Positions 5,881-13,934 are shown, numbered from the stretch's first letter. The stretch is 32,000 nt of DNA from Synechococcus sp. A15-24 (GCF_014280195.1 NZ_CP047960.1:1680001-1712000), one strand, 5' to 3'. The notes: generated by a model from the sequence alone, not told the origin. Numbers and translations: made by a program.

Positions 5881-6060
5881 TCAAGCTTGTTGACTGCTCG
5901 CAAATTCGAGGTCAGCCCAGGTCAGTCCAACCCATTCCAGTCCCTCCTGGATGTCTTGCTGAAGTGCAGCAGCCTCTTCAACAGCATCCATCTCGATGAG
6001 GTCCAGATATTTCTGGTACTCAGCCATCCAGGCGATGAGATTCGGAGTGCTGTTCGTCAT
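5881..6060 (-). CDS. small acidic helical protein (59 aa), hypothetical
   Basis: My own translation gives MTNSTPNLIAWMAEYQKYLDLIEMDAVEEAAALQQDIQEGLEWVGLTWADLEFASSQQA, then stop. It has a clean ATG and protein-like composition. It is below the ORF-track cutoff. Its ATG overlaps the stop of ORF 6057-6260 as ATGA. Confidence 0.5.
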   Translation of the reverse strand: MTNSTPNLIAWMAEYQKYLDLIEMDAVEEAAALQQDIQEGLEWVGLTWADLEFASSQQA

Positions 6061-6262
6061 CCTTCGATTCTTAAGCCTGGACCGGCCGAGAGGCTGGCAT
6101 CTTGGATACAGCTTCCGTTGAAGCCCAAGCTTCCTCGCGGTTGCAGGGCAGAGGGACGGCGACCCCCGCGAAGGTGCAGAAGACTTGCCTCAACGTTCAG
6201 AACATTCCAACCAAGTACTTTGTCTTGGTCGCAAGTAGCTCTTGGCAAAACGGGTCGCACTA

Positions 6263-6442
6263 ATGCTCACAACAGCAGCGATGTGGTTCGTCCAATCAGT
6301 CCATGCCTCTGAATGCGTCACCGTGACGAGCAACAACGATCCAAGTCGTGATGGCATGGTCTGCAAGCGCGTCGCCAGAAGTAGCACCAACGGGATTGGC
6401 TTCTGGAGGTGCTGTCCTCAAACAGACGCGACAAACGACTAA
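6263..6442 (+). CDS. possible small secreted Cys-containing peptide
   Basis: The sequence is MLTTAAMWFVQSVHA/SECVTVTSNNDPSRDGMVCKRVARSSTNGIGFWRCCPQTDATND. It has a short signal-peptide-like N-terminus and 4 Cys in the remainder. The track ORF begins at TTG 6242. Confidence 0.35.
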   Translation: MLTTAAMWFVQSVHASECVTVTSNNDPSRDGMVCKRVARSSTNGIGFWRCCPQTDATND

Positions 6443-6597
6443 CCAATCAGAAGGACCAACGGCAACCCCCACCCCTGTCAGGCACTCAACCCAAGCACCC
6501 CTGACGGCGTTAGCATTGACCAGTCAGAATTTCCACTTCGATCATCATCCGGAGCTGCCACATATCAGCGCCTTAACAACTGAGCTTCTTTAGGCTA

Positions 6598-6873
6598 TTG
6601 TTAGTAGAAGAAAGTTGTGACAGCAAAATCAAAAACAATCAGTTTCAACCCACAGAGAAGGACTCAAAAAGGAGTCAGCATCTCAGACAAGCTGAGGCCT
6701 TCTTCCAACAGGCTCAAGCCTTGATTGAAAAAAGCGAAGACTGGCATGGCTGCGGATCTCTCATTCTCAAGGGCCTATCGGAAGAGCGCAAAGCGCAGAA
6801 CTCTGGAATTCAAGTGATGAACATGATTCGAAAGCGTCCTAAAATACGCGTTGAATTCAGCTTCCGAAGCTAA
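6598..6873 (+). CDS. hypothetical ORF in an AT-rich patch (TTG start, weak)
   Basis: 91-aa ORF with only a TTG start. The sequence is plausible but unrecognised (QAEAFFQQAQALIEKSEDWHGCGSLILKGL). It lies in a low-GC segment. Confidence 0.25.
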   Translation: MLVEESCDSKIKNNQFQPTEKDSKRSQHLRQAEAFFQQAQALIEKSEDWHGCGSLILKGLSEERKAQNSGIQVMNMIRKRPKIRVEFSFRS

Positions 6874-7106
6874 TTGAACACCTGGCCATAGCAGGCAGTA
6901 ACTTTCTTTATTGAAATATCCTTTGTGCCAATTATTTGCTTGCGTTCACTAGCATTTGTCGCACGCCATTAGCCTAAAAACAAGAGGAAACAGAAAATTT
7001 GAGCGGCTGCCGGCACTGAAAAATGCTTTGATGACCAAGACTTGTGATTCAGATCACCTTTTTTGAGGATGATCTCTGAGAAATTCAACAAAAGATCAAT
7101 CAACCC

Positions 7107-7406
7107 ATGGCTGCCAAATTTCTGAACAATGTCCGTGTGATCTGCAAAGCGGGTTGCGAAGAGTCATTCATTTCGGCAACACAAGCATGGGTCAACCCTG
7201 AGGGAATGTTGGATGCCTATTGGGCCAAGACCGGGGAGCGGCGTTACTGCTTCGTGGGTCTCTGGGAAAGCGAAAAGAGCCTTGTAGATGCTCGGCCCCA
7301 GATGATTCAGCATCTGAATGATGTGCGTGATCTCCTCGAGGAGCTATCGCCAGAACTTGGCGTGACGGATCCCGTCTCCGGCACTGTTGTGACCCACAAG
7401 GGTTGA
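7107..7406 (+). CDS. small alpha/beta protein, possibly ABM (antibiotic-biosynthesis-monooxygenase-like) fold
   Basis: 99-aa ORF with an ATG start. The pattern ...CFVGLWESEKSLVDARPQMIQHL... resembles ABM-family proteins. The assignment is by eye only. Confidence 0.55.
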   Translation: MAAKFLNNVRVICKAGCEESFISATQAWVNPEGMLDAYWAKTGERRYCFVGLWESEKSLVDARPQMIQHLNDVRDLLEELSPELGVTDPVSGTVVTHKG

Positions 7407-7876
7407 TCAGCATCAACACAGTTTTCAAGGTTGCAACGCCATCAAGACTCCGCCCTTGAGGTCCTGGGTTCAAACTCCATTCACTTCACCTACTTGCCCA
7501 TGGTCAGATTGGTGGGCCTGAACGACAGCGAATCTCGCTTTGCAACAAAGTCTCTCGGTGTCAAGGTTGCTTTGTTCTGATTCTTCGAACTGCTGATCTG
7601 CAATCTCGATCAGGAACGTGCCTTTTGAAATTTGGTGGGGAAAGGTTTCGTTCCCTGCCTGCTGAGCCTTGCTGTGATGGACCTTCTCATCATTCCGCGG
7701 GTCAGGCGCAGACTGCGCAGGTGACCAGGACACGTCCCCATGTCGATCGAAACCCTGGAGCAAATCGTGGCTGTGCTGGTCACGGCGGGGCTCGTCGCCG
7801 GAAATTTCCTGATGTTCACCCCCTGGCGCGATGGCCACGATCCACGTGAGCGCTGGCCCGCCCACAACACCAACGA

Positions 7877-8173
7877 TCAGCTCTCGGCAAAGTGGGATTC
7901 AGCCAACCGCTGCAACAGCTTCAGAGATTCCAGAACCTCCAAGCGTTTCTGCGCTTGAGCCAGCATCGGCTTGCCATGGGGCACACAGGAGTCGATCAGG
8001 GAGGCGGCCTCTGAGGCTTCCGCTTTGACCCAGGTAAGGCAGCGGTCGATCTGCTGAGCCACATTGCCCTCCTTGAGGGCACCGGCATAGTTCGGCCCGG
8101 CAATGGCGAGGAGCAACAACCGCAACGCCTGATCGGCGCTCTCCTGATCGGGGGGCAATGCGTCAGTCATCAA
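7877..8173 (-). CDS. hypothetical helical protein
   Basis: 98-aa ORF starting at TTG 8173 or ATG 8170. It overlaps the stop of the upstream gene (ATGACTGA). The composition is protein-like. Confidence 0.5.
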   Translation of the reverse strand: MMTDALPPDQESADQALRLLLLAIAGPNYAGALKEGNVAQQIDRCLTWVKAEASEAASLIDSCVPHGKPMLAQAQKRLEVLESLKLLQRLAESHFAES

Positions 8174-8393
8174 ACACCGTGATGCCGCTGGCCTGTTCCT
8201 CGAGATGGGCAGCTCGATCCAGCACCGCCTTCAGGACCTCTTCAGCAGATGGATCCAGATGGAGTTGGTGCAAGGTGAACGCCACATCCCTGGTGGAGGT
8301 CAGCACTGCTGGGGACACCTGCTCAAGCGGAATGGCCGGCTCTCGGCGGCGCCGTTTCTTGTTGTCGGCCTGCGTTCCCGCGTCTTTTGCCAT
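8163..8393 (-). CDS. hypothetical small protein with a basic N-terminus
   Basis: 76-aa ORF with an ATG start. It begins MAKDAGTQADNKKRRRREP, followed by an acidic helical region. It is translationally coupled to 7877-8173. Confidence 0.5.
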   Translation of the reverse strand: MAKDAGTQADNKKRRRREPAIPLEQVSPAVLTSTRDVAFTLHQLHLDPSAEEVLKAVLDRAAHLEEQASGITVFDD

Positions 8394-8487
8394 CTCAACG
8401 AAGTGCCTCCGTTCATTCTGACTCCCATCGCCATGTGATCTAGAGCACAGTCAGTGGCACAGTGACAATCAACACGACATTGAAATC

Positions 8488-8643
8488 ATGCTGCTGACCA
8501 GTCCACCGGCCGAAACCCGTGAGTGCAGCAGTTGCGGCAAAACGCTGTCGCTCAATTTCTTCGCGCTCGACACCCGTGAGTGCCGTCGCTGTGAAGCGCA
8601 GCGCAGCAGCCAGCTTCAGGCCTCACTTCAGGAGTCGGCCTAG
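8488..8643 (+). CDS. possible 51-aa zinc-ribbon-like peptide (CxxC...CxxC)
   Basis: My own translation gives MLLTSPPAETRECSSCGKTLSLNFFALDTRECRRCEAQRSSQLQASLQESA. The 12-nt ACCCGTGAGTGC is repeated in frame (8515-8526 and 8572-8583). Its TAG (8641-8643) interlocks with the convergent stop of the protease gene (CTAG). Confidence 0.4.
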   Translation: MLLTSPPAETRECSSCGKTLSLNFFALDTRECRRCEAQRSSQLQASLQESA

Positions 8644-10007
8644 AGCCCCTCAAAGCCGCTGAACAGGGCATGCCGTTCAAGATCCAGGTCACTCACACCT
8701 GGCAGTTGCGCCACCACACGACCATCAATCAACACCTGGCTGCCATCGTCAACTGAATAAAAGGTCACCGCACTGACATCAACATCGAAGACCAGTCGAT
8801 CCTTGCGGGGGTTGAAATCGGTCACCTCCACCAGTGCACCCTGTTGGGCTGAAATCCAGAACTGATCCTTCCCTTTGCCACCGGTGACCCGGTTGCCATC
8901 GCCACCGCCGGCAGCCAGAACATCAGCGCCTTTCTTTCCCTTCAGCCGGTTGTCAGCATCGTTGCCAATCAGGAGATCATCTCCCTTGCCACCGATGGCG
9001 ATCTCAATCACACAAAACCCCGCAGGCTGGCCGAGGTTTCTGCCGTCCCAGTCGTGGGCAATGGTGAAACCACCGAAGACGTCCTCCGCGCGGCTGACAT
9101 AGCCACCGGCATTGACGTCATCACCAAGGGTCGCGTTGCGCAGATCGATGGTGACAGGAGCTGTGGCACCAGCTGCCGTGATGCGGTCCACCCCGCCGGT
9201 GTCCCAGATCGCACGCCACCCCGTTCCCTGGCGATTCTCCAGCGGCAAGGTGTAAGTGTCATCTCCGGAGGCAGCGTCAGGATTGATTCCGTATATCCAT
9301 TGCAATGCAGCAATATCCAGCGCCCCCGGCGTCTGCAGAAAGCCGTAAGCGTCGATCGATTCCGGAACCATTCCATTACGAGCTCCCTTATCGACGTAGC
9401 TGAGCTGTGTGAAGGGGTGGGCGTTCTGGTCAAAATCGCCTTTGTCCCGAAATTCATTCGACCTGTGCGTCAAACCAGGGAAACGGGGTTGATCAAGCAG
9501 ACCTTTGTCATGGGGATGCTTAAGGCCAATTGCATGACTGAGCTCATGCAAAAACGTGATGCCGTAGAAGCTGCCGGAAGCAATCGAATTCTTGAAACTG
9601 CCATCAGCGTTTTGATAGGTCGACCAGTTGATGGCCACCAACCCTTCATCAGAGTCGCTGCCGGGGGTGTAGGCGAAGCCATAGCTTCCTTCTGACTGAC
9701 GTTTATCGAGGTTGTAATACCAGATTTCCACCCCATCGTCGTTGTCATCTCCGCGGTCGTCGAACTGAAGAGAACAAACCGCAGAGATTTCCTCCATGGC
9801 ACCCTCCATGAGCTGGCGCTCTTGATCACTCCAACCCCAGGAGGGATAGCCCCCGAACTCACCACCCGGCCGATCAGATGTATCGCTGATGAAGGTGGTG
9901 CCGACAGCAGGGTCTGTCGCTGTGGTGCCCCAGCGGAAGCCGTCCGTCAGACCATCAATCCAGGCATTGCCTGAACGAGGTACTTCGATTGCAGTTTTGT
10001 AGGCCAA
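8640..10007 (-). CDS. serralysin-like (M10-type) zinc metalloprotease with C-terminal RTX calcium-binding repeats
   Basis: The HExxHxxGxxH motif is present in FLHELSHAIGLKHPHD. GGxGxD-type nonapeptides are present (GGKGDDLLIGNDADNRLKGKKGADVLAAGGGDGNRVTGGKGKD). There is no N-terminal signal peptide, which fits type I secretion. Confidence 0.88.
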   Translation of the reverse strand: MAYKTAIEVPRSGNAWIDGLTDGFRWGTTATDPAVGTTFISDTSDRPGGEFGGYPSWGWSDQERQLMEGAMEEISAVCSLQFDDRGDDNDDGVEIWYYNLDKRQSEGSYGFAYTPGSDSDEGLVAINWSTYQNADGSFKNSIASGSFYGITFLHELSHAIGLKHPHDKGLLDQPRFPGLTHRSNEFRDKGDFDQNAHPFTQLSYVDKGARNGMVPESIDAYGFLQTPGALDIAALQWIYGINPDAASGDDTYTLPLENRQGTGWRAIWDTGGVDRITAAGATAPVTIDLRNATLGDDVNAGGYVSRAEDVFGGFTIAHDWDGRNLGQPAGFCVIEIAIGGKGDDLLIGNDADNRLKGKKGADVLAAGGGDGNRVTGGKGKDQFWISAQQGALVEVTDFNPRKDRLVFDVDVSAVTFYSVDDGSQVLIDGRVVAQLPGVSDLDLERHALFSGFEGL

Positions 10008-10059
10008 GAGACAGCCGAAGAATTTGGTGTCGGTTTAGTGCCAAAGCCAACAACACCCG

Positions 10060-10893
10060 GTGACCAACCGACATCATCATCGCAATGCTACGGCTGCCAT
10101 GCAGACCCCCCGTCCGATCAACGATCCCTCCACTGGTTTGGTGGGTTTGGTTGCCATCCTGCTGAGCGTGCTGCTGCTGCTGGGTCAGTCCTTGTTTATC
10201 GTTCCTGCCGGACAGGTGGCCGTGGTCACCACCCTGGGCAAGGTGAGTGGTGGATCACGTCTGCCGGGCCTGAATTTCAAGATCCCCTTCGTCCAGGCGG
10301 CCTCTCCCTTCGATGTGCGCACGCAGGTGAGGCCCGAGGAATTCGCCACGCTGACGAAAGACCTTCAGGTGATTGAGGCCACCGCGACCGTTAAATACGC
10401 CGTCCGCCCTAACGAAGCCGGACGCATTTACCGCACCATTGCCAGCACCGATCGCGAGATTTATCCGCGCATCATTCAGCCTTCCCTGTTGAAGGCTCTC
10501 AAGTCGGTGTTCTCGCAGTACGAGCTGGTGACCATCGCCACCGAATGGAACGACATCTCCTCCCTGGTGGAGCGCACCGTGGCCGAGGAACTCGACAAAT
10601 TTGATTATGTGGAGGTGCGCGGCCTTGACCTGACCGGCCTGCAGATCGCCGAAGAGTACCGAGCAGCCATTGAACAGAAACAGATCGCTGAACAGCAACT
10701 GCTGAGAGCCCAGACGGAGGTGAAGATCGCTGAACAGGAAGCCATCCGCTACGACACCCTCAACCGCAGCCTGGACGACCAGGTGCTGTTCAAACTGTTT
10801 CTTGACAAGTGGGATGGCCGCACGGAGGTGGTTCCGGCACTACCCGGGACACCAGGGGGCACACCTCCGGTCATCGTGGGAAGGAAAAACTGA
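10060..10893 (+). CDS. SPFH / band-7 (prohibitin-like) membrane protein
   Basis: An N-terminal TM helix (LVGLVAILLSVLLLLG) is followed by FIVPAGQVAVVTTLGKV...GLNFKIPFVQ, the typical SPFH core. The C-terminus is an AEQQ-rich helix. The track start is GTG 10060, and ATG 10099 is an equally plausible start. Confidence 0.85.
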   Translation: MTNRHHHRNATAAMQTPRPINDPSTGLVGLVAILLSVLLLLGQSLFIVPAGQVAVVTTLGKVSGGSRLPGLNFKIPFVQAASPFDVRTQVRPEEFATLTKDLQVIEATATVKYAVRPNEAGRIYRTIASTDREIYPRIIQPSLLKALKSVFSQYELVTIATEWNDISSLVERTVAEELDKFDYVEVRGLDLTGLQIAEEYRAAIEQKQIAEQQLLRAQTEVKIAEQEAIRYDTLNRSLDDQVLFKLFLDKWDGRTEVVPALPGTPGGTPPVIVGRKN

Positions 10894-10906
10894 CGATCCC
10901 TAAGCG

Positions 10907-12097
10907 TTGACCGTCGATCAACAACGCCTGCTGGAGGAAAGAGATCGCCTGGATGAGCTGCACCGCAGCTACGACGGCGACGCGAAGCTGAATGAGTCGT
11001 TTCTGGTGCTCACCCTGGGTGCCAGTTTGATCGCCACCCTCGGCCTTTTGGCCGACAACGCTGCTGTGGTGATCGGAGCCATGGTGGTAGCCCCCTGGAT
11101 CCTGCCGCTGCGGGTGGCCGTCTTCGCTGTGCTGATCGGTGACTGGCGACTGCTGCCCCGTTAGGCCCTCACCCTGGTGGCCGGAGCCCTCGTCACCACG
11201 CTGCTGTCGATGATGCTTGGGCTGATCGCTCAAGCCAATGGCCTGCTGACCGTGGACGCCTTCTCAGGGGAAATCCAGAGTCGGTTAAGCCCGAGGCTCC
11301 TGGACCTGGGTATCGCCCTGGCCGCCGGTGCCATTGCCACCTACGCCAAGGTCAACCCCGGGTCCGTGAGTTCCATGGCCGGCACGGCGATTGCCGTAGC
11401 CCTGGTTCCACCAGTCTGCGGATGGGGCTGATGCTGGCGGCAGGAGACTTTGCGGACGCGCGCGGTGCCGGGTTGCTCTACGCCGCCAATCTGCTGGGAA
11501 TTTTGATCGGAGGGATCTCGGTACTGGCCATCCGAGAGCCCTACTTCCGAGACAAGTTGCGCCGGCAACGACGGTCCCGCTTGCCGCTAATGCTGGCCCT
11601 GACCTTGGCCAGCTGGGTGGGATTCAAGCTCTACGGCCGCTATGAACAACACCTCTATGCGCTGAAACGAGACTACGCCAAGGTCAGGATCGAAAAGGGA
11701 ATCAGCATGTACTTAAAGAAGAAAACCCAGACCTTTCGGTAGCAATGATTCCCTGGAACTGGAAAACATCCTGTTTGACTGGCCAGACTACTTGAGCAGC
11801 AACCCAACCCCGAAGATTATCCTGGTGGTTCGTGTCACCAACCCAACAACACCAAGCTACAAACAAGTTCAAATTATTCAGGACCTCATCAACAAGAAAC
11901 TAAGCGAAAAATTTGACGGACTAAAAATGCAGATGGAAGTCCAACGTATCAATGTCAGTGTTGTTTCCGGAAGCGAAGTGATGGATAGCATCAACATCAA
12001 GACCATTCTTGATCAAGCTGAATCCCCTGAAGAGACGCTTCAAACCAATCCATCACCTCCAGATTCTCCCCAAGCTGAGGCGTCAAGCGTCAATTAA
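10907..12097 (+). pseudogene. DUF389-family membrane protein gene, disrupted by one in-frame TAG and two frameshifts
   Basis: Four consecutive ORF fragments read as one protein. Fragments 10907-11164 and 11177-11431 share a frame and are separated only by TAG at 11162-11164. The frame changes near 11420 (...ALVPPVCGWG* versus MGLMLAAGDF...). It changes again within 11717-11742, giving ...FGSNDSLELENILFDWPDYLSSNPTPKIILVVRV.... The DUF389 hallmarks IGAMVVAPWILPL and AIAVALVPPVC are present. Confidence 0.55.
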
Positions 12098-12134
12098 AAC
12101 CCTGAAGATCCCGACCTCAGAACCACCCCTTGAA

Positions 12135-12977
12135 TCAACCAGGCTTGCGCAACCGCATCAGTCCCCAGCTGAGGCGTCCCTGCTGGCCACCATCCACCCA
12201 GTGGCCAAGGCCCACATCCATCCGATCGAGATAACCGGAACTGATGCTGGTTTCCAGCTGTGCACGACGTAACCGGGTGTCCTGCCGGACCCGGTCGTAG
12301 TGACGCACGAGCATCTCAGTGCGTTCATCCCAAACCTCCATCGTCAGGCCAACCGCATCTCCCCAAGCCCTGTATCGACTCGGTGAGGCAAGGTCGGGGA
12401 GATGAATACGGTCGAGGATCGGCTGCAGCAATCCCATCTCCACACCATCGGCCGCCATCGGATCGGTGAACACGAAACATCCCCCAGGCTTCAGCAGGCG
12501 GGACACCTCGGCCAACACCTTGGCTCGATCGCCGGCATGCAGGATGGCATCCTGACTCCACACCAGGTCTGCACTGGAATCGGCCACGGGCACCTGCTCA
12601 AACGAAGCGTCGTGCACCGTGATCTGCTGCTCAAGACCGGCATTAACATTTAGTCGACGATGGCGGTCGTTCTCAACCGCCGAAATGTTGATGGCATGAA
12701 CCGGTCGCTCACTCCAGCGAGCAAGGCGCCGGGATGCTCCGCCGTAGCCCGCCCCAAGATCCACCACGCATCCGCCTTGAGGCAGTGGGTCGGCCAGCTC
12801 AAGCAGGGCATGCACCGTGCGGTCACTGGCCGTCGCGATGGCCTCATCCGGCGTTGCATACAAACCGATATGAATATCCTCCCCACCCCAAACCTGTTCG
12901 TAAAACTGATCAGCGTCCTGACTGTCGTAGTAGGTCGCCGCAACGGAATCCGCCGCAGAGCCATTCGTTGTGCCCAT
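12135..12977 (-). CDS. gbmt2: dimethylglycine (sarcosine/dimethylglycine) N-methyltransferase, last step of glycine-betaine synthesis
   Basis: 280 aa. The N-terminal motif YYDSQDADQFYEQVWGGEDIHIGLY is characteristic of SDMT/DMT enzymes. The SAM-binding VVDLGAGYGG is present. It lies immediately downstream of the GSMT gene. Confidence 0.85.
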   Translation of the reverse strand: MGTTNGSAADSVAATYYDSQDADQFYEQVWGGEDIHIGLYATPDEAIATASDRTVHALLELADPLPQGGCVVDLGAGYGGASRRLARWSERPVHAINISAVENDRHRRLNVNAGLEQQITVHDASFEQVPVADSSADLVWSQDAILHAGDRAKVLAEVSRLLKPGGCFVFTDPMAADGVEMGLLQPILDRIHLPDLASPSRYRAWGDAVGLTMEVWDERTEMLVRHYDRVRQDTRLRRAQLETSISSGYLDRMDVGLGHWVDGGQQGRLSWGLMRLRKPG

Positions 12978-12982
12978 CAGCC

Positions 12983-13831
12983 TCAGTGCATGGTGGTGTC
13001 GACGTCGAAGCGATATTCCTTCTCCGCGACGTGAACATAAAAATCGGGATTTTCAAAGTCCCGCTGATAATCACCAAAGCTGGTGATCTGCTGGAAGCCA
13101 ACCTCAGACATCAGACGACGGACGTAGCCGTAGCGCAACGGGAACATGTTGAGGTGATAGACCCCACCATCACTGAAGGAATAACGGAAGCGCGCCAAAC
13201 CTTCATCAACATGCTCAGGACCAACCTCCACATCTTTTCCGCAATAGACATTGCCTTTGCCCTGTCGAACGGCCGATCCGCCCTCCAGCAGCCGGTCGTA
13301 ATTGCGGTGATCAAGAATCAAGATGCCATTGTGCTTCAACACGGCGTAATACTCAGCCAGAGCTTTACGCCGATCCCGCTCCTTGAACAGGTGGGTGAAT
13401 GAATTACCAAGACAGATCACAGCATCAAACTCGCCGTGAATGTCACGATTGAGAAAGCGCCAATCCGCCTGCGATGTCCTCAGCAGCTGATCACGGTTGC
13501 GAGCATTGCGAAACGCCCGGGCCAGCATGTTGGGGCTGCCATCCGCACTGACCACATCAAATCCTTCCTCCAGCAATCGGATGGAGTGAAAACCAGTTCC
13601 TGTGGCTACATCCAGAACCGAACGGGCACCGTGCTCCTTGAGCAGACGGATAAAGAAATCACCCTCCGCTTCAGCCCGTGCATTCCAGTCGATCAATCGA
13701 TCCCAGCGATCGGTGAAGTCTTCGATGTACTCCTGCTGGTAGTGATCCGTCTCGCGAACCGATTCAGGAGATTGTCCAAAACGCTGCTGATCGTCCTGCG
13801 TTTGCAATGGATGGTTCTGCGTTGACGTCAT
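12983..13831 (-). CDS. gbmt1: glycine/sarcosine N-methyltransferase
   Basis: 282 aa. The sequence ...DHYQQEYIEDFTDRWDRLIDWNARAEAEGDFFIRLLKEHGARSVLDVATGTGFHSIRLLEEGFDVVSADGSPNML is typical of GSMT, with the SAM motif VLDVATGTG. It is the first gene of a two-gene operon. Confidence 0.85.
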   Translation of the reverse strand: MTSTQNHPLQTQDDQQRFGQSPESVRETDHYQQEYIEDFTDRWDRLIDWNARAEAEGDFFIRLLKEHGARSVLDVATGTGFHSIRLLEEGFDVVSADGSPNMLARAFRNARNRDQLLRTSQADWRFLNRDIHGEFDAVICLGNSFTHLFKERDRRKALAEYYAVLKHNGILILDHRNYDRLLEGGSAVRQGKGNVYCGKDVEVGPEHVDEGLARFRYSFSDGGVYHLNMFPLRYGYVRRLMSEVGFQQITSFGDYQRDFENPDFYVHVAEKEYRFDVDTTMH

Positions 13832-13917
13832 TCCAAATCAATTCGAAGTTCAAACAGGCTCCTTGACGTTCATTAAGGCAAGGACAATCCAAACCCGAAT
13901 GAATAAAATGAAGCCTT

Positions 13918-13934
13918 TGTGATCTGCAATCACA
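13918..13934. promoter_or_regulatory. CRP-family-like palindrome TGTGATCTGCAATCACA in the gbmt / proVWX divergent intergenic region
   Basis: The arms TGTGAT/ATCACA are perfect 6-bp inverted repeats around a 5-bp centre. The site is 87 nt upstream of the gbmt1 start and 178 nt upstream of the proV start. It is one base longer than the canonical TGTGA-N6-TCACA. Confidence 0.4.

Noticed and set aside
5692-6312. 206-aa plus-strand ORF spanning the attR repeat
   Set aside because: It starts upstream of and reads through the partial tRNA copy. Its product is Arg/Pro/Ser-rich. It overlaps the much more protein-like 59-aa minus-strand ORF at 5881-6060. It is probably not coding.
7455-7475. GGGTTCAAACTCC, reminiscent of a tRNA T-loop (a possible further att remnant)
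   Set aside because: The flanking bases cannot form a T stem (CCTGG versus CTCCA). There is no acceptor-stem complement, and there is no similarity to the tRNA-Arg repeat. The match is too short to mean anything.
7470-7958. Overlapping ORFs 7470-7865 (minus), 7610-7873 (minus) and 7740-7958 (plus)
   Set aside because: These are mutually exclusive. Only short parts look protein-like: MSIETLEQIVAVLVTAGLVAGNFLMF on the plus strand and ...GTFLIEIADQQFEESEQSNLD on the minus strand, the latter with no plausible start nearby. The plus ORF also runs 82 nt antisense into gene 7877-8173. I could not decide on a real gene, and the region may be a decayed remnant.
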